From the NCBI GenBank assembly GCA_964480825.1, contig CAYZRJ010000001.1, positions 1 to 33,549 on the forward strand: 33,549 nt of DNA. Reading direction: 5' to 3'. The DNA comes from an uncultured Candidatus Saccharibacteria bacterium (lineage in GTDB: Bacteria > Patescibacteriota > WWE3 > UBA101185 > UBA10185). Shown in pieces: positions 11,501 through 20,000 of this stretch (position 1 is the stretch's first letter; every line of letters starts with the position of its first letter). The notes beneath the pieces are model-generated. The model was not told where the DNA came from. It saw only the letters and a program-made list of their open reading frames with translations, and did no database searches. A program made the position numbers and the translations under genes.

Positions 11501-12066
11501 ACTATAGGAAAGAGATAAGTATATTTCGGTTGAGCGTCTGCCACTAGTTTATAAAAAACTCCAGCTAATATAGGGATGGTCAGATAAAGATAAACTTGAT
11601 GAGAAAATCCCCAGGTATAAGTAAAAAAATATAAAGTTGTTGTGTTAAACGCGTACACAAGCGGAAAAATATGGTAAAAATAGCCGTTCTTTTTACCAAA
11701 CAGTAGCATTAACCCAACCCTAAACGATAGATAGCTCAGTAGCAAGAATAGAAATAATACAACTGATAAAACGTAGCTATCCATTAAGCCGGAGATTAAG
11801 GGTAAATAGTAAAAAACAAAATAATATGGAATTGCAGTAAACCATGAAAAAAATCCACCCTCACCGGTTGCGGCAATTCTGTTGTTCCACACGTAAAACA
11901 TATCGGAAAAAATGTTTTGCATATTTACAGGTTGCGCAAAGTCTCCACTAGTATAAATGTAACCTTTTGGAAACAAATTTATTAGTACCGCCCAAATAAT
12001 TACCAAGTAAGGTAGTAGCTTTTTAATTAGATTTAAAATTTTGGCTGACATTGACCATAAGTTCAT
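8554..12066 (-). CDS. Giant polytopic membrane protein, YfhO/AftD-like (GT-C-type architecture) with a large extracytoplasmic domain and C-terminal TM anchor
   Basis: 1170-aa ORF with an N-terminal multi-TM domain of ~430 aa and a long soluble region. The C-terminus reads ...FNSGWRVYKRQGDK...HHKINGYSNGWVIPV...VEFWPQKLLIIGTYLSTVSLLICSGFLFL. Confidence 0.6.
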   Translation of the reverse strand: MNLWSMSAKILNLIKKLLPYLVIIWAVLINLFPKGYIYTSGDFAQPVNMQNIFSDMFYVWNNRIAATGEGGFFSWFTAIPYYFVFYYLPLISGLMDSYVLSVVLFLFLLLSYLSFRVGLMLLFGKKNGYFYHIFPLVYAFNTTTLYFFTYTWGFSHQVYLYLTIPILAGVFYKLVADAQPKYTYLFPIVLLGSIPGFTNSAFFVSLALFLILFLVVLAISKLTLSPLVLIKRLVISGFLSILALSTWLLPTIYFARDGLVTITEGIFDLLAWLETQSANLASIFMGLPEYKNFFPYKYDYDSVFLFAFIPILVLLYLLTVKPITDSDKKNYKLSIALLVITIIFAVLLKKTQAPFGQATLKLYQLPLLATLRSYEKVAIFWPFLVFAPVYGMISETWFQGKKRPFMVLALVLCLLAPLPFFMGGIQKRFSITFDERNTYLTAEFSSLIRIPKDYYDTANYLNANVSPAEKIQSLPYANINTFAWVYYPKWKMIGVSAADNLFNQPIISQNASQFLTDGWNPSEDFSYKKYDPVWYTRLLSLFNVSNIIYHLDVDDKFIHQTYDKVKELEEAGVLTKIYETPLLQTFELNPSNRLESLYIPKKVVGIYGNPSSLPHVLLNSQYTPKSAFVFLKNMDDVGKYNLDTIFYTKMVSGNYANDNLTWNSNWPWPKSTNVPDSVSFRLEIYREAAAELKAFDKYSLINIKLMHAVMRASELDMLAPNLNDGLARQYKDKVSEIINTLNEIPLSDREDNFYKAVVRVKSYLLRVSEDYSQTPELEKLFSGVKKSFTEWIDTNNYCMVGAFCYKLKVPLDGIYELYIDKSYLGEIKTLVPEIYLVDAVKNKIKLTTSLIDEGYQYKLVDIPLKSSEYIFLNMLSSENKNLVPQGNWNEYQSFSTDNESVFLKPQFITNINPRYKEIENWEPGEKYRILFDYKIVEGRAVLAVIEDSKSAFEHVLSTNQNEQALQFVKNVAFKQEIKNSVDQASTGSWRHYERDFDSSRESHSAYLFLSGSTGDSFFGDIQIKNLTIRKIIKPSAVLKLKDLPIDELAIVKPEMTRVKKISPVRYEVEVVNSTEPYMLVLSETFNSGWRVYKRQGDKVVAIANNKHHKINGYSNGWVIPVDETNHGATSKLIVEFWPQKLLIIGTYLSTVSLLICSGFLFLNRKKVNHV

Positions 12067-13267
12067 ATAGCTTTGGGAAATATTTACTGTAGTCTAGTTC
12101 GGCACCAAACTTTTCTACGCCGTTTAAAAGGCGTAGATATTTTTTACGATCGTTAATCACATCATTTATAGCCTCGGCAATTTTTTCTTCATTATAATCC
12201 ACTAGTACACCCGCTCCCAATTCGTCGATGAGTTTACCAACCACTGGCCCTCCTACCGTTATTATCACCGGCATACCCATCCTAACATAATCCTTGGGCT
12301 TACCGGGCTCGGCATACATCGAGACATTTGAGTCGTCGGGCCTATATAGTGCTAATCCAAGGGAAGCGTCTGACAGTAAGTTAAACGCATCTTTATGCTC
12401 TTTTATAAAACCATAAAATTTAACGTTTTTTTCAATACCCAGATATTTGACCATCTTTCTATATTTTTCAACCGACCTACTACCTCCTCCGATAAACTTT
12501 ACTAATACATCGGGTTGGAGTTTACTCAGCGGAACCAGCATTTTTAGTGCCATGTCAACACCCGCGAGCTCGTCCAATCTACCAATATAGCCCAAAACCG
12601 TCTTGTTTGCGTTTTGACGTTTGTATTGCACGGCCTCAATAGTTTCCATTTTATCCACCAAGACTGTCGGTAACACCAATACATTATTTGCTTCATAACC
12701 ATTATCAATATCCCATTGGGCCGTAAGTTCGTTTGGATACCAAACTAAGTCGCACTTATTACCAATTTTTCTAAGCAAACCTTGAAGTTTGATAAACATT
12801 ACGTCGACAAGTCTATTTAACCGATTGTTTTTTGACATATAAAAGGTCATTTTGGTGTTTACTTTTGGAATAATGTCGCCATTCATGAAAATAGAATATC
12901 TTGCAAAGCCTAAGATTCTAAACACATACGCCAAAGCCCCGCCAAACGATGCTTCTGCCATTACAAAATCGTATTTAAATTTGCGCACTTTAGTTAATAG
13001 ATAAATAAATGCATAAACATTTAATATATATTGCATGACGTATATAATCGATGATGGTAGATCAAGTTTTAAGTTGAGATTAAACCGAAACTCTTTACTG
13101 TCGCTCTTTTTTATGTCGGCTTCGTATGCAAATTTACCTTTGTCCAGCCTGACAAACGGTACTTTAACAATCGTTAAGTCTGCAAGTTTATTCTCGCGTA
13201 AATATTTTTCCCAAAAGTTTAATGGCGGTGAGCCGTAAAACCCGATTATGTACAAAAGAGACATCAT
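12023..13267 (-). CDS. Glycosyltransferase, GT-B fold, GT4-like
   Basis: 414-aa ORF with a C-terminal half typical of GT4 (YIGRLDELAGVD...FIGGG...KPKDYVRMGMPVIITVGGPV...GAGVLVD). Its 3' end overlaps the 1170-aa gene start by 44 nt. Confidence 0.7.
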   Translation of the reverse strand: MMSLLYIIGFYGSPPLNFWEKYLRENKLADLTIVKVPFVRLDKGKFAYEADIKKSDSKEFRFNLNLKLDLPSSIIYVMQYILNVYAFIYLLTKVRKFKYDFVMAEASFGGALAYVFRILGFARYSIFMNGDIIPKVNTKMTFYMSKNNRLNRLVDVMFIKLQGLLRKIGNKCDLVWYPNELTAQWDIDNGYEANNVLVLPTVLVDKMETIEAVQYKRQNANKTVLGYIGRLDELAGVDMALKMLVPLSKLQPDVLVKFIGGGSRSVEKYRKMVKYLGIEKNVKFYGFIKEHKDAFNLLSDASLGLALYRPDDSNVSMYAEPGKPKDYVRMGMPVIITVGGPVVGKLIDELGAGVLVDYNEEKIAEAINDVINDRKKYLRLLNGVEKFGAELDYSKYFPKLYELMVNVSQNFKSN

Positions 13268-14394
13268 AATTGCAGAACGGACATTAAATTGTCCAGCATT
13301 GCTTTTTTGTCCATTTTTTCTGCCCAGGTTAGCGCGTTTTTACGCATAGCTAAATATACATGCTCATCGTTTATAAGTAAACCAATAGCGTTTGCGGCTT
13401 CAACAGCGGTATCACACAGTATACCTGCCTTTTGCTTTTCCATCTCCAGACTAGTGGCTACAACTTTGTTACATACACAAGGCAAACCGGCAGCCGCGTA
13501 CTCTCTTATTTTTAGCGAGTCTGCATAATGCTCAAAAGACCTTATGCCTTCGTACCATGCAAAGCTGATGTACGACTTTGCCATGATTTCGACGCTATCT
13601 TGGTATTTTTTTAAACCATGAATAACTATACGATCAGCGTGCTCGAATTTAGCAAGATCTGACTTTGCTTGATCACTCATCCCACCAATAATGTTGAGTG
13701 TGGGTGTAATGCCTATCTCTGACAAGTTTTTAACTAGCAGTTTTAACAGTACTATTTCGGAATCCATAATTAAAGATTTCGAATAAACAATGTTATATTT
13801 ATTTTTCTTAGAAGGTTCATACTTAGGTATTTTCTCGTATTCCGGAGAATTTGGAAGGTATATTGCAGTAATTGCAGCTTTTTTTTCGCGCAATTTTCTG
13901 ATTTTTTCTTCCATCTTGCAAGAAACGAATGTAACTATGTCTGCGTTAGAAACAGCAAATTTGTACAAAAAGTGATAAGTATTGTTTAAAAATATGTTTT
14001 CAAAACGTTTTTCCGAATAGTCGATTGAATGATACAATACCTTTGCTCCCGTCTGTATTTTAAGCATATTCGCGGAAAAAAAGTTTAGTGGATCGACCGC
14101 TATAATAAGGCTCATTCTGTACTTTCTCAGCAGTTTATAGTTTATGAAGATTTCTTGAAGCCACCTGATGATCCCAATACCGTTTATATTATGTTCCTGC
14201 GAGACTCCATCAAAATTGGTAGAAACTGTTTTGCCAGCTTTTTCCAGCGGGTGTTCGATACTGTAGCACACAAACCCCAAAGATTTAAGATAATTGACAA
14301 TATAATCAGCCCCGCCTTTTTTCATTATCCCGTTTTTATAAATACGGTGAATCAAAAATACAAATCTGCGTTGCTTACTCGCGTTATTTCCCAT
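13264..14394 (-). CDS. Glycosyltransferase, GT-B fold, GT4 family
   Basis: 376-aa ORF with ...ADSLKIREYAAAGLPCVCN...AGILCD.... It is a paralog of 5436..6635. Confidence 0.8.
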   Translation of the reverse strand: MGNNASKQRRFVFLIHRIYKNGIMKKGGADYIVNYLKSLGFVCYSIEHPLEKAGKTVSTNFDGVSQEHNINGIGIIRWLQEIFINYKLLRKYRMSLIIAVDPLNFFSANMLKIQTGAKVLYHSIDYSEKRFENIFLNNTYHFLYKFAVSNADIVTFVSCKMEEKIRKLREKKAAITAIYLPNSPEYEKIPKYEPSKKNKYNIVYSKSLIMDSEIVLLKLLVKNLSEIGITPTLNIIGGMSDQAKSDLAKFEHADRIVIHGLKKYQDSVEIMAKSYISFAWYEGIRSFEHYADSLKIREYAAAGLPCVCNKVVATSLEMEKQKAGILCDTAVEAANAIGLLINDEHVYLAMRKNALTWAEKMDKKAMLDNLMSVLQL

Positions 14395-16165
14395 ATGATT
14401 TTACCCAAATTTCAAGTAAAAACAAGCGCCATAACATGTATTCTTTTGAAGTGTTCTGCGCTTTAAGTAACGATGGCTCAAATAGATAGTCGATGTAGTC
14501 AGAACTTAAAAGCTTTCTAGAAATAGACGAACTTTCGTGGACATAAGCGCGAACCTTTTCTTTATTCGCTTTTAGCACATCGTCCATGGGTAACATAAAG
14601 CCACGTTTCTTTCGATACACTATGTCCAACGGCAAGTATTTTTCAGCAACTTTTCGCAAAATATATTTTTCCTTAGAATTTTTTAGGTCGACGATATTAC
14701 CGTCTATTTTAAATTTTTCAGGAAGTGAAAAAACGTATTCTACTAGCTTATGGTCTAAATAAGGTACGCGCGCCTCGATGGACTGAGACATCGAGCCCTT
14801 GTCTACTTTCATCAAAAAATGATTGGGTAATTGCGTTGTTATTTCGGCACGCGAAATACGGTCAAATATGCTGGCATCAAAACCAGTGTTAACAACTTTA
14901 TTCCACACAGAAATATTCTTGAACAGATTAAAAGAAGTATTTCTGGAAATTGCGTAGTAATAAATAGCGGATAGTAATCGAGATGGCAGTAAATTAAAAG
15001 GTTGTTTGGATAAACCAAACCAAGAATATCCGCCGAAAATTTCGTCTGAGCCTTCTCCTAGCAATAAAACAGTTATGCCTCTTTTTTTGATCTCTCTACA
15101 CAACAATTTAGTCGTTATCAAACCACCGTCGAAAGTTGTCAAATCATCAAAATCGGCAATATAAGTCTCAAGGTTCGCATTAATTTCATCGGCGCTAATA
15201 AATAACTCGGTGTGCTTTGTTCCAATATGTTCGGACACCTTTTTAGCAAACGGAGCTTCGTTCATTTTGTGGTTAAACGTCGCGGTAAAAGTGGTAACGT
15301 CACTGCTGGTAGCTTTTTTAACCAACGCAGAAATGAGCGATGAATCTAGGCCTCCCGATAGCATTACCCCAAGCGGCACATCGGATATTAAGTGTTGTTT
15401 GACGGTTTCAAACAATAAATTGTCCAGTCTGCTAACTGCGTCGCCAAAGTCCATATGTGTCACATTATTTATATTGGGATTCAACTGCCAATATGTTTTT
15501 TGGACATATATAAAATTTCCCAAATTTATCTCTAAGTAACTCGCTGGAGCTAACTTTTTAATTCCGTGTATTATTGTGCTTTCGTTGTCAGGCAGGAACA
15601 TAAAGCCAAGCAACAATTGTATTTTTTCGTAATCTAAGTGATCGACAAAATTAAATCCCGAAATGGTTTTAAACGCTTTAACTTCGGAAGCAAAATAAAA
15701 TGTTCCTTTGAAATCTAAATAATAAATAGGTTTAATACCCAACCGATCACGTATCAAAAAAACTTTGTTTCTCTTTTTGTCAAAAATAACCAAAGCAAAC
15801 ATGCCACGTAGTCTTTGTAAAACATCTATCCCCCATTTGTCGTAACCATGCAAAATGGCTTCTGTATCAGAATTAGAAATAAATTTGTAACCAAAACTTT
15901 CAAGCTCCCCTCGTAGTTCAGGGTAATTGTATATTTCACCGTTTTGTACTACGTATAAATCACCTGCCAGGTTCTTCATTGGCATTCGTCCAAGCTCACT
16001 TAAGTCTTGGATGCTCAATCGACGAGATCCCAGCAATACTCCGCGGTCCATATCAACATGGCTCCCAAAGTCATCGGGACCTCTATGTTTTATCGCATCC
16101 ATCATTAAGTTTAGTTGGTGCGATTCGTCTTTTTTTGCATTTAAAATACCTGTTATTCCGCACAT
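14384..16165 (-). CDS. asnB: Asparagine synthetase B-type glutamine amidotransferase (in glycan loci usually a sugar-carboxylate amidotransferase)
   Basis: 593-aa ORF. The N-terminal MCGITGIL provides the Cys2 nucleophile of Ntn class-II amidotransferases, and the PP-loop SGGLDSS lies in the synthetase domain. Confidence 0.9.
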   Translation of the reverse strand: MCGITGILNAKKDESHQLNLMMDAIKHRGPDDFGSHVDMDRGVLLGSRRLSIQDLSELGRMPMKNLAGDLYVVQNGEIYNYPELRGELESFGYKFISNSDTEAILHGYDKWGIDVLQRLRGMFALVIFDKKRNKVFLIRDRLGIKPIYYLDFKGTFYFASEVKAFKTISGFNFVDHLDYEKIQLLLGFMFLPDNESTIIHGIKKLAPASYLEINLGNFIYVQKTYWQLNPNINNVTHMDFGDAVSRLDNLLFETVKQHLISDVPLGVMLSGGLDSSLISALVKKATSSDVTTFTATFNHKMNEAPFAKKVSEHIGTKHTELFISADEINANLETYIADFDDLTTFDGGLITTKLLCREIKKRGITVLLLGEGSDEIFGGYSWFGLSKQPFNLLPSRLLSAIYYYAISRNTSFNLFKNISVWNKVVNTGFDASIFDRISRAEITTQLPNHFLMKVDKGSMSQSIEARVPYLDHKLVEYVFSLPEKFKIDGNIVDLKNSKEKYILRKVAEKYLPLDIVYRKKRGFMLPMDDVLKANKEKVRAYVHESSSISRKLLSSDYIDYLFEPSLLKAQNTSKEYMLWRLFLLEIWVKSYGK

Positions 16166-16168
16166 ATA

Positions 16169-17119
16169 TTACTTTCGTGCTACTACTTTAACCATTGGCC
16201 AAAACAAAGGGCTAGATGTAGCAAGCTTTATTAAAAACTGCCTCAAAGGTTTTATCGGAATGTATTCAAACATTAGTTTTGTTGGAAATTCTTTTACTTC
16301 CACTTGTTTGAATCTTGCCTTTTTGTGTAAATTTTTCAGCGTAGAGGGCAAAAAAGAAAACTCATAACCGAATATCATGTATTTACCTTTAAGCAATTTT
16401 ATGTGAACAAACTCAGCAATTTGTCTCAACACCGGAAAGTTAGGTATATTACCCCATATTTGTCGGTAGGTTAGGGAGCCCAAATTTAGCATTGGTACGG
16501 TATTAAAACAAATGCCGTCCTTTTTTAACGCACGTGCGCATTCTTTTATTGCGGTAAAAGTATCTTTAAAATGCTCTATTACGCCGCCGCCATAAATAAT
16601 ATCCACGCATTCATTTTTAAGCGCCATTTTATTAATATCACAATGAATTAACAAATAGTTTGTTATTCCGTGCGTATCCAACATTGTTTGCGCCGTTTTG
16701 AGCGCGGGTAGTGAAAAATCAATGCCGACAACTGTCTTACATTTAGCTGCTACTGCGCGGGCGAAATACATTGGACCGCACCCTATTTCCAAAAAAACTG
16801 TATTTTTATCAAATCTTATATAATCGCTTATTTGGTTGAATACATTATCAAAATTGTCTTGCAAATATATTTTATAATGGCTTTCATAGTCACTTTTATT
16901 TTTTTCATTATAAAATTCATCCCACTTATCGATTGAGAGCTTTACATCATCGGAGGTACTGTTTTCTAAAAAACTGTAGATGTTACCGATCTTTATACAA
17001 CTGCTAGCGCAAGTTGAATTTGTGCAAATTAACTTTTCTTCACTCTCAACCATGTCCGATTGACATTCAGGACATGCTAAAAGGTTTTTCAAAATACTCA
17101 TAGTTTCAATGGTACTCAA
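16169..17119 (-). CDS. Class I SAM-dependent methyltransferase with N-terminal Trm112-like zinc ribbon
   Basis: 316-aa ORF with CPECQS...CTNSTC (4-Cys ribbon) and motif I VFLEIGCGPM. The ORF-track start at 17119 is a TTG; an in-frame ATG at about 17101 (MSILKNLLACPEC) is an alternative start. Confidence 0.75.
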   Translation of the reverse strand: MSTIETMSILKNLLACPECQSDMVESEEKLICTNSTCASSCIKIGNIYSFLENSTSDDVKLSIDKWDEFYNEKNKSDYESHYKIYLQDNFDNVFNQISDYIRFDKNTVFLEIGCGPMYFARAVAAKCKTVVGIDFSLPALKTAQTMLDTHGITNYLLIHCDINKMALKNECVDIIYGGGVIEHFKDTFTAIKECARALKKDGICFNTVPMLNLGSLTYRQIWGNIPNFPVLRQIAEFVHIKLLKGKYMIFGYEFSFLPSTLKNLHKKARFKQVEVKEFPTKLMFEYIPIKPLRQFLIKLATSSPLFWPMVKVVARK

Positions 17120-17155
17120 ACACTAATAAAACTACAATCTTTTCGGGTAAGATGG

Positions 17156-18271
17156 CTAGTTAAACCTGAAAAATTTAGATTTATTCCAATCAATGGTTCT
17201 TGTTAAACCTTCTTTCAGTTTTACCATAGGTTTAAAACCTAAAAGTTTAGTTGCTTTACTGACGTCAGGGCATACTCGATTAGGTGCATCTTTGTTATAC
17301 TTAGTTGCACTCGATTGTGCAACTTTAACAGGTTTTTTAATTCCACAGATTTGGTGTACAACCTCGGCTAACTTTTTTATGCTTATTTCTTCAGCGTTAT
17401 TGGCAACATTAAAGGGTTCATTATTAAAATCGGAAAATAATAATTTAAAGAATAAAACCGTCGCATCCGTGATATAGCAATATGATCTTGTGTCAAGACC
17501 GGCGCTAAGCATCTTAATTTGTTTGCCTTCGATCCCACTACGCATAAAATCCGCCATAACTCGTCTGTCATTAACTTCCAAGCCAGGACCATAAACGATA
17601 AACGGCCGCGCAATTTTTACCGGCACTTGATACTTGTTAAAATAGATGCTGCACAACGTTTCTGATAATCTTTTTGCTTCTGTGTAGCAGGCACGCGGTG
17701 CCAACGGCGAAACATTACCATTAAAAGTCTCGGGTGTTGGGATATTTTTGTTACCCGGGTTACCATATATTTCCCCAGAACTCATATACAAAAAACTTTT
17801 AACACGCTTCGATTTGGCATAATCCAGTAGCCACCTAATCGCACCCACATTTACATCAATTGTCCCCAAAGGATCAGACTGAAAAGTAGCAGGCGCAGAG
17901 CGCCCCGCCGCATGGATGATATAGTCAACATTTCCTGTAAACCTGTATGGTTTTGTTACGTCGTGTTGAACAACTCGAATATCTTCGCGGTCTAGTAAAT
18001 GACCTAGGCGAGATTTTTTGTGTAGTTTTGACCTTTGCAAACCAATAACTTTACAAGGCTTAGAAAGCAACTCGCTATCATTAAAGTACGCCAATGTGTC
18101 TACTATATAACTTGCCAAAAGCCCGTTTGGACCTGTTATTACAAAAGTAGCTCCGGAAATAAACTTTCTAAATGGTTTCAGCTCCAGCACTATCTGTTGA
18201 ATATCCTTGTCTATTATAAGCTTGTGGGTTGGCATAGTGGTTCTTGATCGTTTCATAAATGCTTTTTGCAT
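17156..18271 (-). CDS. NAD-dependent epimerase/dehydratase (extended SDR, UDP-glucuronate decarboxylase / 4,6-dehydratase-like)
   Basis: 371-aa ORF with the Rossmann motif VITGPNGLLASY, the catalytic Y-x3-K in CYTEAKR, and SSGEIYG. The start is uncertain (Met at 18271, 18256 or 18235), and every option overlaps the preceding gene. Confidence 0.85.
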   Translation of the reverse strand: MQKAFMKRSRTTMPTHKLIIDKDIQQIVLELKPFRKFISGATFVITGPNGLLASYIVDTLAYFNDSELLSKPCKVIGLQRSKLHKKSRLGHLLDREDIRVVQHDVTKPYRFTGNVDYIIHAAGRSAPATFQSDPLGTIDVNVGAIRWLLDYAKSKRVKSFLYMSSGEIYGNPGNKNIPTPETFNGNVSPLAPRACYTEAKRLSETLCSIYFNKYQVPVKIARPFIVYGPGLEVNDRRVMADFMRSGIEGKQIKMLSAGLDTRSYCYITDATVLFFKLLFSDFNNEPFNVANNAEEISIKKLAEVVHQICGIKKPVKVAQSSATKYNKDAPNRVCPDVSKATKLLGFKPMVKLKEGLTRTIDWNKSKFFRFN

Positions 18272-19157
18272 CCAAACCTAAATAACTATACAGCTCGTTT
18301 TTATGACCGTACTGTCTTGTAATCTGATCATAAACACCGATTTTCATCAGTTTGGGCATAGTGTAACTGTTTCCGTTATTAATTTCAAACAATGCGTCGG
18401 CTACGGCCGAACCCAAACCTCCCACAGTGCTGTGCTCTTCTACTGTAAAAATAAATTTCGAATTAACGTGTTGCGCTATCGAAGTGTAATCGAACGGCTT
18501 TATTGTCGAAACATTGACAATAGTTGCGTTGATACCGTCCTTAGACAGCATATTTGATGCGTTCAACACTTCTCTTAGTAACTCTCCGGTTACAAAAATT
18601 GTCATATCGGCGCCATGTCGCACTACTCTGTTTCTTCCAATTTCAAATGGTGTATCATACGAAATGTCTAACGGCTCAACGTTTAACATTAATCTTAAAT
18701 ATACGGGTCCGTTGTGTGCGGCAGCTTTTTTTACTGCCTCCGAAGTTTCTGCTCCATCAGAGGGTGAAATAACGATCATCCCAGGTATTACGCGCATAAT
18801 TGCAATATCCTCGATAGAATGATGAGTACCTCCAAGCGGAGCGTACGATAAGCCACTACCCACTCCCACTAATTTAATGTTGGCTTGGTTATAACCAGCT
18901 CCAACTCTGATTTGATCGTAACATCGAGAAGTAACAAAGGGTGTAATTGTGTAAACAAAAGGTATCCAACCATCAAAAGACAAACCCACTGCCATATTTA
19001 CCATGTTAGCTTCTGCTATTCCCGCGTTTATAAAGCGGCTCGGATGCTTTGCCTCAATATCACGCATTAAGTAACCACCGATATCTCCGATCAGCAAAAC
19101 AACCTTATCATTATTGTCCATTATCTCACCAATTGTCTTAACAAAAGAATTTCTCAT
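18168..19157 (-). CDS. Transketolase, C-terminal (pyrimidine-binding) subunit of a split transketolase
   Basis: 329-aa ORF with FINAGIAEANMV...GGTHHSIEDIA...MIVISPSD... typical of Tkt C-terminal section proteins. There is a 4-nt ATGA overlap with the N-terminal subunit gene. Confidence 0.85.
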   Translation of the reverse strand: MRNSFVKTIGEIMDNNDKVVLLIGDIGGYLMRDIEAKHPSRFINAGIAEANMVNMAVGLSFDGWIPFVYTITPFVTSRCYDQIRVGAGYNQANIKLVGVGSGLSYAPLGGTHHSIEDIAIMRVIPGMIVISPSDGAETSEAVKKAAAHNGPVYLRLMLNVEPLDISYDTPFEIGRNRVVRHGADMTIFVTGELLREVLNASNMLSKDGINATIVNVSTIKPFDYTSIAQHVNSKFIFTVEEHSTVGGLGSAVADALFEINNGNSYTMPKLMKIGVYDQITRQYGHKNELYSYLGLDAKSIYETIKNHYANPQAYNRQGYSTDSAGAETI

Positions 19158-19999
19158 ATATCACTGTCGTCAGAACTTAAATTGGCACTTATTTCCCCAA
19201 TTGCTAACTGATACTCTTCTTGATTTGGGATCATTGTGTGCCATTTTTTTTGATCCTCCATAAAAGAAATGCCCTTACCCTTGATTGTATGCGCTATGAT
19301 TGCCGACGGTTTGCCGCGCTTAAAAGGCGCAAGCGACACGCTGCCCATAATGTCAATAAAGCTATGGCCATCAATTTCAACTGTCTCCCAACCGAAAGAG
19401 TGCCACTTGTCTGCCATATTCTGAGAATTCACTACATCAACGGTTTTGCCGCTAGACTGATGTTTGTTTAAGTCCACTATTACAATAAAGTTATCCAGTT
19501 TTTGATGCGCCGCCACTTGCGCTGCTTCCCAAACAGAACCTTCGTTACATTCTCCATCACCTACCACACAATATACTTTAAAGTCTTTGTTAAGCATTTT
19601 TGCCGACATTGCCATACCAAGCGCTACAGATATACCTTGACCTAGCGATCCAGTTGATACTTCTACGCCCGGAACTTTTTGCATTTCCGGATGACCACCT
19701 AATATCCCATCAAAACTTGAAAATCTATCAATCTCATCACTTGAGAAAAAACCAAGATCGGCCAATATAGCATACAAAGAAGCGCAACCATGCCCCTTGC
19801 TCAACACAAACCTGTCCCGATTTATATCACGTGGGTTTTGCGGGTTTATGCGCAAAATTTTGTAATACAAAACCGTTAAAATTTCGATCATCGATAAAGC
19901 AGACGGTATATGACCATCTTTTGCGTTGTAAACCATATTCAATACGGTTAATCTCGCTTGAGCAGCTTTTTGTCGTAACAATGTCAAGTCATTAGACAT
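19154..19999 (-). CDS. Transketolase, N-terminal (thiamine-diphosphate-binding) subunit of a split transketolase
   Basis: 281-aa ORF with GHIPSALS...LSKGHG...GSLGQG...VGDGECNEGSVWEA (ThDP GDG-x-N motif). Confidence 0.9.
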   Translation of the reverse strand: MSNDLTLLRQKAAQARLTVLNMVYNAKDGHIPSALSMIEILTVLYYKILRINPQNPRDINRDRFVLSKGHGCASLYAILADLGFFSSDEIDRFSSFDGILGGHPEMQKVPGVEVSTGSLGQGISVALGMAMSAKMLNKDFKVYCVVGDGECNEGSVWEAAQVAAHQKLDNFIVIVDLNKHQSSGKTVDVVNSQNMADKWHSFGWETVEIDGHSFIDIMGSVSLAPFKRGKPSAIIAHTIKGKGISFMEDQKKWHTMIPNQEEYQLAIGEISANLSSDDSDI

Positions 20000-20000
20000 A

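Noticed and set aside
481-16135. Homopolymer tracts (T8 near 494-501 and 13871-13878; A/T7 runs near 10861, 15083, 16124) in glycosyltransferase and asnB genes as possible phase-variation switches
   Set aside because: Runs of 7-8 A/T are expected by chance at this base composition and are shorter than typical slipped-strand contingency tracts. There is no evidence of frameshifted copies.
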